Assembly (NCBI RefSeq): GCF_000008665.1
Contig: NC_000917.1
Coordinates: 1,380,001 to 1,412,000, forward strand
Direction of reading: 5' to 3'
Source of the DNA: Archaeoglobus fulgidus DSM 4304
GTDB lineage: Archaea > Halobacteriota > Archaeoglobi > Archaeoglobales > Archaeoglobaceae
DNA: 32,000 nt
Shown: positions 1 through 8,632 of the stretch, one piece after another
Layout of the letters: each line of letters starts with the position of its first letter
Position numbering within the stretch: the stretch's first letter is position 1
Position numbers and translations under genes: made by a program
The notes under the pieces: model-generated
Seen by the model: the letters and a program-made list of their open reading frames with translations, nothing else
Database searches by the model: none
Told to the model about the DNA's origin: nothing

Positions 1-892
1 TTTTTTCTTCCTTCCTGTAAACCAGGGTAAAATCCTGAGGCTCTTTGGTTGCAATCAGCGGCTCGAGTTTCTTTAAACCAACGTAGTAAACATTGATAAC
101 ACCCAGTAAATCCCCCCTCTTTATTTCCCCATCATCAACAGCAAGAAATACAGCCTGCTCAATATTCTTTGGCTCCTCAACTCTTCTCGGTTTTCCAAGC
201 TGCACAACGTCAACTACAACTCCGTAGGGATTTCTGGATATGGAAAGCGGAACGACCACAGTGTTTGGGGGTAACTCAACGTTTCTGATTTTCACTCTCA
301 AAACATCCCCAGCCCTCACCCCAACATCTTCGTCCGCAACCAGGGGCTCCCAAACTCCCACATGTGTTCTTGTGTACCCAAAAACTTTCGTAGAAATTTT
401 CTCCCTGTAAATGTTTCCGTCGTCCCTCCACGTAATGTTTGCCTCAACAATCTCTTCCCTCAGCTCAACCTTGGTCGGTTTGAGGTTAAAGAGCCTCGAA
501 ATTAGGCCCGTTTTTATGAAAAACACCTTCAGAACACCGACTATATCACCCTCCCTTACCACACCATCATCAACAGGGAGAAAAACCACTCTCTGGATGC
601 ACTTTTCGTCCTCAACCCTCGTCGGTATTCCGCATTCGACGACATCCAGCACGGTGCCAAGAGCGTGTCTCATAATGTGCAGGGGGCCGACCATAGTCCC
701 CCCGGGAATTGTGAAGGGTCTTACCTCAATAATCTCGGGCTCCCCTTTTTTCACCTCGACGTCATCCATCGCGATCAGCGTCTTCCACTGAGTCAAAGGA
801 ATGATTCTGTAGCCAAAAGGCTTAAGCTCAACCTTGAGGCTACCCCTCTCACCCCCAACCTCGTCTGTCCAGTACTTCATCTTTACGGCCAT
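1..892 (-). CDS. Conserved archaeal hypothetical protein with two tandem ~95-aa beta-barrel-like repeats; partial, the 3' end runs off the left edge
   Basis: Absent from the ORF track because it has no stop in the window. The reverse frame is open from ATG 892-890 (alternative ATG 880) down to position 2; I checked the first 60 nt codon by codon and found no in-frame tta/cta/tca. Translation starts MAVKMKYWTDEVGGERGSLKVELKPFGYRIIPL. It contains an internal duplication: VLDVVECGIPTRVEDEKCIQRVVFLPVDDGVVREGDIVGVLKV versus VVDVVQLGKPRRVEEPKNIEQAVFLAVDDGEIKRGDLLGVINV. The + ORFs 411..791 and 665..967 are low-complexity antisense shadows. Confidence 0.75.
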   Translation of the reverse strand, partial: MAVKMKYWTDEVGGERGSLKVELKPFGYRIIPLTQWKTLIAMDDVEVKKGEPEIIEVRPFTIPGGTMVGPLHIMRHALGTVLDVVECGIPTRVEDEKCIQRVVFLPVDDGVVREGDIVGVLKVFFIKTGLISRLFNLKPTKVELREEIVEANITWRDDGNIYREKISTKVFGYTRTHVGVWEPLVADEDVGVRAGDVLRVKIRNVELPPNTVVVPLSISRNPYGVVVDVVQLGKPRRVEEPKNIEQAVFLAVDDGEIKRGDLLGVINVYYVGLKKLEPLIATKEPQDFTLVYRKEEK

Positions 893-1024
893 ACAACCAC
901 CTTTTCAACAATAGATTATGTTAATTTTTTGTTATATATAAATATTTCCTCAACGGAGCGGTACTAACGGGCAAGTGCGTTCACATAATTTCGCAAAGTT
1001 TTTATCTCACTTTTTAACACTTTA

Positions 1025-1444
1025 TCAAAGAAAAACTACGAGCCTCGAAATGAGGTCGAGTGAAACGAAAAGCAGTCCTATCTCTACGCCGAAAACAGAC
1101 ACGGCTACTGGGGCAAGGAAAAGTAGGGCTGCCCTGAAACCTCTTGGAAGCATAGAAAGTGCCGCTGAGCAAGCCGTTTCCCTAAAGCTCAGTTTTCCTG
1201 CCCTGTACATCGCAGATAGTGACGAAATCCCAACTATCGGGTGAATTAAGAATGACGCTATGGCAAATCCGCTTTTCAGCTTTGAGAACCTTATGAGGTT
1301 GTTTATGAACTCACCAACCCTGCTGAACTGGGGGAGGGAAAAGGGGGCGTTTGATAGTATTAGGCTGACAAGCATTATCGGAACTACCTTTGACATTAGC
1401 GTTAGTGTTTGCAGCAGGGCGTAGTTCACGTCCACCCTCCCCAA
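1025..1444 (-). CDS. Hypothetical small integral membrane protein (about 3 TM helices)
   Basis: 139-aa ORF with hydrophobic segments VVPIMLVSLILS, GFAIASFLIHPIVGISSLSAMY and AALLFLAPVAVSVFGVEIGLLFVSL. The start is uncertain: TTG at 1444, or the internal ATG giving MSKVVPIM at 1396. No family recognised. The overlapping + ORF 975..1244 is not protein-like. Confidence 0.45.
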   Translation of the reverse strand: MGRVDVNYALLQTLTLMSKVVPIMLVSLILSNAPFSLPQFSRVGEFINNLIRFSKLKSGFAIASFLIHPIVGISSLSAMYRAGKLSFRETACSAALSMLPRGFRAALLFLAPVAVSVFGVEIGLLFVSLDLISRLVVFL

Positions 1445-1593
1445 TCGCCTTGGGGTTTATTAAGCTTTGAACTCCTGCCGAACTCACAGTTCTTTGACGA
1501 TGGAAAATTACCCCTAACCGCGTCTATACTAAAGGTATTAAGCTTCTACCAAACTCAACTGTAACCAACCCTTTAATCCATTTGCAAAAAGCC

Positions 1594-1602
1594 TTAAATA
1601 TA
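1594..1602 (+). promoter_or_regulatory. TATA-box candidate for the rpl21e-rpoF unit
   Basis: ttaaatata lies about 35 nt upstream of ATG 1633, inside a 188-bp divergent intergenic region. Confidence 0.45.
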
Positions 1603-1632
1603 CTTCCGGTGTCAGTGAGAAGGGGATCGACA

Positions 1633-1926
1633 ATGGGATGGAAGTCACACGGTTTCAGGTTCAAATCGGGAAGAAAGCTCAGAAAGAAGGTCAGGGAAAA
1701 GGGAGTGAGAATCAGGAAGTTCCTTCAGACCTTTGACGTTGGCCAGAGAGTTCACATAGACATCGAGCCCGCATCTCAGAAAGGGATGCCGCATCCAAGA
1801 TTTCAGGGGAGAACTGGTGTCGTGATAGGACAGAGGGGCAGAGCCTACCTCGTGCAGGTTAGGGACGGGGGAAAAATGAAGACCCTGATTGTAAGGCCCG
1901 AGCACCTCAAACCACAGAGTGGTTGA
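1633..1926 (+). CDS. rpl21e: 50S ribosomal protein L21e
   Basis: MGWKSHGFRFKSGRKLRKKVREKGVRIRKFLQTFDVGQRVHIDIEPASQKGMPHPRFQGRTGVV is the classic L21e sequence. I prefer ATG 1633 over the TTG 1582 start used by the ORF track. Confidence 0.95.
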   Translation: MGWKSHGFRFKSGRKLRKKVREKGVRIRKFLQTFDVGQRVHIDIEPASQKGMPHPRFQGRTGVVIGQRGRAYLVQVRDGGKMKTLIVRPEHLKPQSG

Positions 1927-1927
1927 A

Positions 1928-2278
1928 ATGTTTAAAGAGGTTAGGGATTTTGAATACATCACAATTTCTGAAGCGAAAGAAATAATGGAAGAAATAGCCA
2001 AAAAAAGGCAGGAGGAGGCCGAGCTTTTGTTTGAAACCAGGAGGGCTTTAAAGCACCTCCGCCTTTTCGCCAAACTTCCGGCAGATAAGGCAAAGGAGCT
2101 TGTTGATGAGCTTGTCAAACTGCCCCAGGTGGGCAGCAAGGAGATAGCCGTAAAGCTTGCGGATATAATGCCGCGAATACCTGACGAAGTGAGGATTATT
2201 TACGCTAAGGAAAGAGTTACTCTGACACCCGAGCAAATTCAGGAAATTCTGGACGTCATCGACAAGTATCGTATTTAA
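1928..2278 (+). CDS. rpoF: DNA-directed RNA polymerase subunit F (Rpo4/RpoF, Rpb4 homologue)
   Basis: ATG 1928 lies 1 nt after the rpl21e stop. The gene sits in the conserved archaeal order L21e-RpoF-DUF655. The product is a ~116-aa helical acidic/basic protein: MFKEVRDFEYITISEAKEIMEEI...LTPEQIQEILDVIDKY. Confidence 0.8.
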   Translation: MFKEVRDFEYITISEAKEIMEEIAKKRQEEAELLFETRRALKHLRLFAKLPADKAKELVDELVKLPQVGSKEIAVKLADIMPRIPDEVRIIYAKERVTLTPEQIQEILDVIDKYRI

Positions 2279-2326
2279 GAAAAACATAAATAGTTACAGC
2301 ACTATTTTGAAAAAGGAGCTGATGCT

Positions 2327-2914
2327 ATGGAGAAGCCAAAAGTAGAAAGGTCTGAAGGTAAGGAAAAACTTGAGGATTACGCTTATGTACTTGATTTCAT
2401 GCCATACGGTCATCCTGACGATAAAAGGCCAATACACAGGAGGGAGCCGCTCGCACAAGTCGTTGGGGAGAGAAACTTTACACTTCTCGAGGTTAGCATA
2501 AGAAAGGGTAAGCAGCCCCTGGTAATGGACAGAGTTTACATCGGCAAGGGGGAGAGAGATGTAGTGTACAAGATCAAGAGAAGGCTGAGATACGAGGATT
2601 TAACTCCTGCCGCAAAGACTGAGCTGCCTTACGTTATCGAGCACATAATAAAGCAGGATGAGAAGAAGTACGTGGATTTCTTCAACAAGGCCGATTCCAT
2701 AACAACGAGAATGCACCAGCTCGAGCTTCTTCCCGGCGTTGGAAAGAAGATGATGTGGGCAATAATCGAGGAGAGGAAAAAGAGGCCCTTTGAGAGTTTT
2801 GAAGACATAGCCCAGAGAGTCAAGGGCATTCAGAGGCCCGAAAAGCTAATCGTCAGCAGAATTATATACGAAATCAAGAATCCTCAAACCAAGTACAAGC
2901 TCTTTACTGCTTGA
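2327..2914 (+). CDS. DUF655/COG1491 family protein (predicted nucleic-acid binding, C-terminal HhH)
   Basis: YAYVLDFMPYGHPDDKRP...LAQVVGERNFTLLEV and the HhH-like LLPGVGKKMMWAIIEERKKRPFESFEDI are typical of the family. SD aaaggag lies about 8 nt upstream. The gene occupies the conserved position after rpoF. Confidence 0.85.
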   Translation: MEKPKVERSEGKEKLEDYAYVLDFMPYGHPDDKRPIHRREPLAQVVGERNFTLLEVSIRKGKQPLVMDRVYIGKGERDVVYKIKRRLRYEDLTPAAKTELPYVIEHIIKQDEKKYVDFFNKADSITTRMHQLELLPGVGKKMMWAIIEERKKRPFESFEDIAQRVKGIQRPEKLIVSRIIYEIKNPQTKYKLFTA

Positions 2915-2916
2915 AA

Positions 2917-2930
2917 AAATTAATATATTT
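2917..2930 (+). promoter_or_regulatory. TATA box for the PRC-barrel gene (probably leaderless)
   Basis: aaattaatatattt is centred about 25 nt upstream of ATG 2949. Confidence 0.5.
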
Positions 2931-2948
2931 TTTCGTTCTGCTATTCTC

Positions 2949-3266
2949 ATGGGGATGATCGGCGAAATAACAACATTCTTTGGGATGAGGGTATTCACAG
3001 ATGAGGGAAGGTACGTTGGCAGAGTTGAAGATGTTATTCTCGACCAGAACACAAAATCGATCAGGGGGCTGGCAATATCGGACTACAACAAGGCCCTTAT
3101 AGACTCCCATGCAAAGGGGGTTATCATCCCGTACAGGGTCGTTAAGGCAGTGGGGGACATCATAATAATCAAAGACCTCTTTAAGAGAAAGTCGAGAGTG
3201 CTTGACTACGAGTCCAGGGAGCTCATTGAAGAGGAGGGAGAAGAAGGAGAAGAATGGCAAGAATAA
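2949..3266 (+). CDS. PRC-barrel domain protein with acidic C-terminal tail
   Basis: FFGMRVFTDEGRYVGRVEDVILDQNTKSIRGLAI...GVIIPYRVVKAVGDIIIIKD matches the PRC-barrel pattern. The tail is EEEGEEGEEWQE. Confidence 0.8.
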   Translation: MGMIGEITTFFGMRVFTDEGRYVGRVEDVILDQNTKSIRGLAISDYNKALIDSHAKGVIIPYRVVKAVGDIIIIKDLFKRKSRVLDYESRELIEEEGEEGEEWQE

Positions 3267-4059
3267 TCACGAAAATTCCGGCAACCAGCCTGAAACTTAT
3301 CCTTTCTTTCAGAAATATCGCCCCAAAAATTGCCGCAAAAACCGGTGAAGTGGAGGAGGGCTGAACAACGTTCCAAGAGCTCGACACTTTTATTGCCGTA
3401 ATGAAAAGCATAATCCCCAAAAGGAGAAAAATCCCCCTAACACTCCTGAAAAATAACCGAATCTCTGTTGAAAGCTCATCCTTTTTTGCCGTAAAGCTAA
3501 GAAGAATCAAGCATAGGAGCAGCCTAACGAACGCAACAATCGAGACGGGCAGTCTGTCCGTGAGAAAGTCGAGAGTCAGAATGGCCAGAGCCCACGAAAA
3601 AGCTGCGAGGAGGGCGTAAAACAACCCTGATGTTTCCCCTTTCTCCCCTGATCCGTAAATGATGTACACAGCCACAAACACTAAGATTGCGGAAATCAAA
3701 GCATTTAAGCTCAGTTCAGCACCGTAAATAACAGTTGATAGCAAAACAACGTAAACGGGATAAGTCGAGGAGGCCGGAAGGGCTATGCTCACCGGCGACC
3801 TTTTCAGAGATGCGAAGTAGCTCAAATCACCTATATAGAACGAGAGCATCGCTGAAATAACGAGAACGAGAGCGGTTTGAAGGTCTATAACTACTCCCGG
3901 AAAGTCGCGCAATGCGAGAGGAAGGAAGTAAACTGTGGCGAAGAGCGTTCGGTGGAAGTTTGCCGTGAAGGCGCTGACGTCCTTCACACCCTTCCTGTAA
4001 GCTATCCCGTTAAAGGCCCAGCAAATGGCAGCCGTTAGAGACATCAGAATTTCAAGCAC
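3223..4059 (-). CDS. EamA/DMT-superfamily transporter (10-TM type)
   Basis: 278-aa polytopic protein with an EamA-like N-terminus, MSLTAAICWAFNGIAYRKGV, and two homologous halves. Its 3' end overlaps the convergent PRC-barrel gene by 44 nt. Confidence 0.8.
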   Translation of the reverse strand: MLEILMSLTAAICWAFNGIAYRKGVKDVSAFTANFHRTLFATVYFLPLALRDFPGVVIDLQTALVLVISAMLSFYIGDLSYFASLKRSPVSIALPASSTYPVYVVLLSTVIYGAELSLNALISAILVFVAVYIIYGSGEKGETSGLFYALLAAFSWALAILTLDFLTDRLPVSIVAFVRLLLCLILLSFTAKKDELSTEIRLFFRSVRGIFLLLGIMLFITAIKVSSSWNVVQPSSTSPVFAAIFGAIFLKERISFRLVAGIFVIILAILLLLLPPLQ

Positions 4060-4235
4060 AAGGTTTAGGCTCCACTGTTGCTTATAGCCTTTACCAGTTA
4101 TCTAAAATTTAAAATTAATAATCGTTGCTTTTTCAACGAGAACTTAAATTTTTTTATTTCTACGTTCAAAACGCTAAAAAACGCATAAAATTCCTGCAAA
4201 AAGGTTGAAGAGCTTTTAGGGCAAAAATCAAAAGA

Positions 4236-4244
4236 TTTATATAT
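4236..4244 (+). promoter_or_regulatory. TATA box upstream of the SCP2 gene, with SD GAGGTGAT at 4273-4280
   Basis: tttatatat lies about 45 nt upstream of ATG 4285. GAGGTGAT is a perfect complement to the archaeal 16S 3' end and sits 5 nt before the ATG. Confidence 0.5.
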
Positions 4245-4284
4245 GAAAGACCCTCATGATGAGTTGCAAAAAGAGGTGATGTAA

Positions 4285-4635
4285 ATGAGTGAGGCAAAGG
4301 AATTGATTAAGAAGATGTGCGACCTCCAGAACAGCAACGAGGAGATTCAAAAGGAAATGGCCGGTTGGAGCGGTGTCGTTCAGTACAAGCTCGATGGCGA
4401 GGAGTTCTATGTTGAGTATAAGTCAGACGGAACCTGCGAATTTAAGGAGGGTGTTCACAGCTCCCCGACCTTTACGGTTGTCGCTCCTCCAGACTTCTGG
4501 CTCGCCGTGCTCAAGGGACAGGAAGACCCGGTTAGCGGCTTCATGATGGGCAAGTACAGAATCGAAGGAAACATAATGGAAGCCCAGAGGCTTGCCGGAG
4601 TAATCAAGAAGTTCCAGGGCAAATTCGAGCTCTAA
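4285..4635 (+). CDS. SCP2 (sterol-carrier-protein-2-like) lipid-binding domain protein
   Basis: 116 aa. AGWSGVVQYKLDGEEFYVEY...DPVSGFMMGKYRIEGNIMEAQRL is the SCP2 fold signature. Confidence 0.8.
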   Translation: MSEAKELIKKMCDLQNSNEEIQKEMAGWSGVVQYKLDGEEFYVEYKSDGTCEFKEGVHSSPTFTVVAPPDFWLAVLKGQEDPVSGFMMGKYRIEGNIMEAQRLAGVIKKFQGKFEL

Positions 4636-4653
4636 TTTTTCTTTTTTGTTTTT
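4636..4653 (+). terminator. Oligo-T terminator (T5-c-T6-g-T5) directly after the SCP2 stop
   Basis: tttttcttttttgttttt starts 1 nt after TAA 4633-4635. Archaeal termination uses oligo-T tracts. The tract overlaps the stop of the convergent gene at 4652. Confidence 0.6.
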
Positions 4654-4972
4654 ACACTTCAAGATAGTACTTCGCGTGCCTGTCGGGAACGCTGTCTGCG
4701 GGCTCCTTTTCCCTGCTTAGGTAAAGGCCGCAGTAGCAACGTCCGTACTCCCTTATGTCGTCTTCTGCGTAAACGCAGGGGCATATTATGAGACGGTCAA
4801 CCTCCTTCTTGCCTGTTACAAGCCTGCAGGGGCAGGTTGCGATGCCGTACTGCTCTTTATTCTGAATTAAAGCCTTGGCGAAATCGAGCAAAAGCTCCCT
4901 ATCCGGGTTTACCCTCCAACCACGCTTCTCAGCCACTCTTTCAAAAACCTTCAGATAATCTTCTGGCGTCAA
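4652..4972 (-). CDS. Ferredoxin:thioredoxin reductase catalytic-subunit homologue (FTRc / ferredoxin:disulfide reductase-like)
   Basis: Contains the CPC-x14-CPC-x13-CYC cysteine pattern (TCPCRLVTGKKEVDRLIICPCVYAEDDIREYGRCYCGLY) typical of the 4Fe-4S/disulfide FTR catalytic subunit. TTG start at 4972 is preceded by GAGGTGGGAG, which spans the stop of the upstream Grx-like gene. Confidence 0.8.
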   Translation of the reverse strand: MTPEDYLKVFERVAEKRGWRVNPDRELLLDFAKALIQNKEQYGIATCPCRLVTGKKEVDRLIICPCVYAEDDIREYGRCYCGLYLSREKEPADSVPDRHAKYYLEV

Positions 4973-4981
4973 ACTCCCACC

Positions 4982-5230
4982 TCAGCCCCTGATTAGCTCT
5001 TTGAGCTTCTCTTCATTATATCCGAGAACGTGCTTATCCCCTTTTACCACAACTGGCACAGAATAGCTCCCGGAAATGCTGTGAACCTTCTCAATCACCT
5101 TCTTCCTCTCCTCACCCTCAAGCTTATCAATCCAGATTACTTCGAAGTCAACACCCTCTCTTTTCAGAAATTCGAGCGTCCTCTTGCAGTGCGGACATGT
5201 CGATAGCCCGTACATCAAAACCTCAGCCAT
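4982..5230 (-). CDS. Glutaredoxin-like small redox protein (CPHC active site)
   Basis: 82 aa with a thioredoxin-fold pattern: VLMYGLSTCPHCKRTLEFLKREGVDFEVIWID...VPVVVKGDKHVLGYN. Translationally coupled to the FTRc gene, 9 nt apart. Confidence 0.85.
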   Translation of the reverse strand: MAEVLMYGLSTCPHCKRTLEFLKREGVDFEVIWIDKLEGEERKKVIEKVHSISGSYSVPVVVKGDKHVLGYNEEKLKELIRG

Positions 5231-5350
5231 GGTTATAGGAGGGCAGTCTATTTTTAATAACTTTGGTGAATTTGATTTTAATTCAAAGACGCTGTTTAGG
5301 CTCTTCGCTATTTTGCTGTGGTTAAGTTGTGGGGAAAAGCTTAGTCTAAA

Positions 5351-6106
5351 TTAAACCCCAACTTTTTTGAGAAACTTTTCAAGCGCCTCGTTGAATTCCA
5401 CGTGCTTTTCAAGCATTACCATGTGGCTGGCGCCAGGTATTACGACTAGTTCTGAATTTGGAATGTGCTTGTGAAAAAATTCGTGATACTTCAGCGGCGT
5501 TAGCTTGTCCTCCTCGCCGACAATTACGAGAGTTGGGACACCTATTTTCAACTTCCCGTTCCTGTAGTCTTCAAGCAAATCAAATCTATCACACAAACTG
5601 AGATCGAGGTGTAGCACATCAACTCTATCCAAGAACTCTCGTCTTTTCTTCTCGTATTCCTCTCCTTTGCTGGCAAACGCCATACTTAACATTAAGTCAA
5701 CCGCCTTTTCAGGTTCCTTTTTTAGGCCTTCCAAGATCTCAGGAAGAACCCTCAGCCTCGCTCCAGTCCCTACCAGAACGAGAGCCAAGCAGATTTCAGG
5801 ATTTCTAAGATATAATTTTTGAGCTACAGCCCCACCTAAGCTATGACCCACTACGACGGCTTTCCCAACGGTTTTCTTCAAGCTCTCACTGGCATAATAA
5901 GCGTATTCGTCAACCGAATTAACCTCCACGGTGTCGCTCTGGCCGTGATTGGGGAGGTCTATTGCGTAACCCCCGATTGCCGTCAACTGATTTACCCACT
6001 GAGTGGCGTCGCTCCCGGAGCTGTGTATGTAAAAAACTTTCCTCTCCCTCCCTTTGAGGAGAGAGACCTTTACTCCATCCACGTCGATGAATACTCTCTC
6101 CAGCAT
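5351..6106 (-). CDS. Alpha/beta-fold hydrolase (esterase-like)
   Basis: Nucleophile elbow VVGHSLGG, acid-loop region VIVGEEDKLTP and catalytic-His region IPGASHMVMLE. 251 aa. Confidence 0.8.
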   Translation of the reverse strand: MLERVFIDVDGVKVSLLKGRERKVFYIHSSGSDATQWVNQLTAIGGYAIDLPNHGQSDTVEVNSVDEYAYYASESLKKTVGKAVVVGHSLGGAVAQKLYLRNPEICLALVLVGTGARLRVLPEILEGLKKEPEKAVDLMLSMAFASKGEEYEKKRREFLDRVDVLHLDLSLCDRFDLLEDYRNGKLKIGVPTLVIVGEEDKLTPLKYHEFFHKHIPNSELVVIPGASHMVMLEKHVEFNEALEKFLKKVGV

Positions 6107-6139
6107 AGCTTTTCCCTCCTCAATATAAAAAAAATTAGA

Positions 6140-7600
6140 TCAATATGGAACGAGAACTAAACCGAGCGAGAGCGGAATGGTTGCCAATATCATCACGGAG
6201 ATCGTGTATCCAAAAACATCTCTGGCCCTTGTTCCCGTAAGTCCGAGGAGAGGAATCGCCCAGAATGGCTGGAAGAGGTTTGTCCAAGCGTCCCCTACAC
6301 CATAAGCAATTACGGTTTTTCCAATAGGCACACCCAGGGCAGCTGACGTTCTTGCTAAAATCTCTCCAACTGCTGCCCATTCTCCACCTCCAGAAGGTAT
6401 GAATATGTTTATCAGCCCTGCAATGTATAAACATATTGCCGGCCACGTAAACGGCGTTGCAACGCTCGCTATACTGTTGGCTATAACAGTTGCAAGATTT
6501 GGTCCCCCTGCAACAACTGCACTGTACCTCATCATTCCCATAATACCCGCATAGAACGGAAACTGAACCAGTATTCCTGCTACTGCTCCTGCCGCTCTGG
6601 TGATAGCCCTCATGTAAGCTATGGGATTCATGTAGAGAAGAAGGCCAACCATTATAAACGTAAAATTCAGCGAATTTAGGTTTAGTCCACCGAAAAAGCC
6701 TTTCTCGTAGAACCAGTAGCCCATCGTGATAATCCCCAATATGCTTATTAGTAGGGCGAGAACTTTACTGTTCTCAAGCTTGTCAGCAATCGTTACGCGC
6801 TCTTTACTTTTTTCTTTCAGCTCCTCTTCCTTTTCTTTCTTCACCAGCTCAATTATGTGTGGTGCAACTTTGTCTATTCCTTTCAATTCACCCCTGTTAG
6901 GCGCAAGCGCGTAATAAGCCAGTACCCCGAAAGAAATGATTATTGCCAGATTTATAAGAGTATATGGATGAAAGATGGTCTCGTTCAGCGGAACTGTCTC
7001 CCTGCCGAACAACTCCACGAAAACATCCTTTAGAAAGTGATTTGGCGTGTTAATCAATAATGGTGCAGAAGCCGATAAACCCCAATGCCAAGTAAGTCCT
7101 AAACCGGCATAACCGGCTGCTACTACAGCCGGATAGTGCAATGGCTTTCCTGTTCTGTAGAATTCAATTCCAATTGTTCTGGCCAAAATGGCCCCAACTA
7201 TAAGTCCAAGTCCCCAGTTTATCCAAGCTGCAATCATTGCAATAAGTGCCGTAAGAGCTGCAGCCGATTTAGTATCTGAAGGGAGTGTCGCTATCTTTTT
7301 CAAAATCCTGTAAACGATTGGATGATAGGCTATTGCATAACCGGTAACAAGAATCAAACACATTTGCATGGCGAAGGACAGGAGACCCCAGAAGCCTTTG
7401 TACCAAACATCCACGAGGAGCCACTTAACCATCGTTCCCGCATCCATCACTGTGTACGGCTTCATCACCACTATTACCAACAGATAAGTCACCAAAGTCA
7501 GAAGCAGAGCAAAGATTAATGGGTCCGGCATCCATTTCTCCACGCTTGCGCACAGTCTTGCTCCCATTCTCTCCAGGGCGCTGTACCGCCCATCCTCCAT
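6140..7600 (-). CDS. atoE: Short-chain fatty acid transporter, AtoE family
   Basis: 486-aa polytopic protein. The N-terminus, LERMGARLCASVEKWMPDPLIFALLLTLVTYLL, and overall architecture match AtoE/TIGR00366-type proteins. Confidence 0.75.
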   Translation of the reverse strand: MEDGRYSALERMGARLCASVEKWMPDPLIFALLLTLVTYLLVIVVMKPYTVMDAGTMVKWLLVDVWYKGFWGLLSFAMQMCLILVTGYAIAYHPIVYRILKKIATLPSDTKSAAALTALIAMIAAWINWGLGLIVGAILARTIGIEFYRTGKPLHYPAVVAAGYAGLGLTWHWGLSASAPLLINTPNHFLKDVFVELFGRETVPLNETIFHPYTLINLAIIISFGVLAYYALAPNRGELKGIDKVAPHIIELVKKEKEEELKEKSKERVTIADKLENSKVLALLISILGIITMGYWFYEKGFFGGLNLNSLNFTFIMVGLLLYMNPIAYMRAITRAAGAVAGILVQFPFYAGIMGMMRYSAVVAGGPNLATVIANSIASVATPFTWPAICLYIAGLINIFIPSGGGEWAAVGEILARTSAALGVPIGKTVIAYGVGDAWTNLFQPFWAIPLLGLTGTRARDVFGYTISVMILATIPLSLGLVLVPY

Positions 7601-7756
7601 AATTCCACCCCCATTTTTGCCGTATTAATTTTTAGAATTATAATTTAAAAAAGTTTCTAAAGTGCAAATCTGCAATCAAACAAAACAAACCAAAATTTCA
7701 GCTACCCCATAATCTCAACAATCAAATAAATAAAAGAGAACAAAGCTTAAAACAGC

Positions 7757-8632
7757 TCACTCCAGCACTCTTCTGACCTCCTTCACCACATCCAGCAAAG
7801 TTTCCGCAACCCTCGCCCCTGCATCGCGTAGTGCAGCCATTTTCGCCTCTGCAGTCCCCGTACTCCCCTCGATTATTGCGCCGGCATGCCCCATTCTCTT
7901 CCCCGGTGGTGCCGTCCTTCCGGCAATGAATGCCACGACAGGCTTTGACATTTGCTTTATGAACTCCGCAGCCTTTTCCTCGGCTGTTCCACCTATTTCA
8001 CCAACCAGCAGAACAGCTTTGGTCTCTTCGTCCTCCTCAAACATTTTGAGAACGTCAACAAAGGTCAATCCAGGCATCGGGTCGCCCCCAATCCCCACAA
8101 CTGTGGACTGGCCAATCCCTGCCTTTGTAAGATTCTCGCAGATTTGATAGGTAAGAGTTCCGCTTCTCGAAACTACACCGAGATTGCCCTGTGTAAAGCT
8201 TCTGTCGGGCAGAAGACCTACCTTGGACCTCCCCGGACTTATAACACCGGGGCAGTTAGGGCCAAGGAGCATGGATTTCACTTCCCTGAGCTTCCTGTGA
8301 ATGAGCATCTCGTCGTAGAGAGGTATGCCCTCAGTAACGCACACAACAAGCCTCAGCCCTGCGTCGAAGGCCTCAAAAATGGCGTCGGTTGCAAAGCGTG
8401 CGGGAACGTAAATTATCGATGTGTCTGCATTTGTTTCTGCTACTGCCTCCTCCACAGTATTGTAAACGGGTATTCCGTGCACTTCACTACCGCCCTTTCC
8501 GGGTGTCACCCCTCCTACAACTTTGGTTCCGTAATCGAGCATTCTCTTTGCCTGGAAACTTCCCTGAAATCCGGTTATTCCCTGCACAATAACACGGGTG
8601 TTTTCATCAACAAGAATCGCCACATCCATCAC
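7757..8632 (-). CDS. sucD: Succinyl-CoA synthetase (ADP-forming) alpha subunit
   Basis: CoA-binding motif [13 protein letters not shown] and phosphohistidine loop [13 protein letters not shown]. The ATGA overlaps the sucC stop by 4 nt. Confidence 0.93.
   Translation of the reverse strand: MMDVAILVDENTRVIVQGITGFQGSFQAKRMLDYGTKVVGGVTPGKGGSEVHGIPVYNTVEEAVAETNADTSIIYVPARFATDAIFEAFDAGLRLVVCVTEGIPLYDEMLIHRKLREVKSMLLGPNCPGVISPGRSKVGLLPDRSFTQGNLGVVSRSGTLTYQICENLTKAGIGQSTVVGIGGDPMPGLTFVDVLKMFEEDEETKAVLLVGEIGGTAEEKAAEFIKQMSKPVVAFIAGRTAPPGKRMGHAGAIIEGSTGTAEAKMAALRDAGARVAETLLDVVKEVRRVLE

Noticed and set aside
1658-1670. ggttcaaatcggg, resembling a tRNA T-arm
   Set aside because: It lies inside the rpl21e coding sequence, where it encodes GFRFKSG. 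No matching acceptor or anticodon stems flank it.
3223-3266. A 44-nt convergent overlap between the PRC-barrel gene and the EamA gene
   Set aside because: It is probably a by-product of the GAG/GAA-rich acidic tail being open in antisense as Leu/Pro codons. One of the two C-termini may be shorter in reality, and no functional signal is evident.
4256-4262. C-box-like AUGAUGA (also CUGAUGA at 11452-11458), suggesting C/D-box sRNAs
   Set aside because: There is no CUGA D box at the expected 40-60 nt distance and no terminal stem. Both sites sit in 5' leader or promoter regions of protein-coding genes.
6135-6446. A 103-aa alternative-frame ORF inside atoE
   Set aside because: It is on the same strand but in a different frame within a well-supported transporter gene, and is rich in Trp/Arg/Cys.
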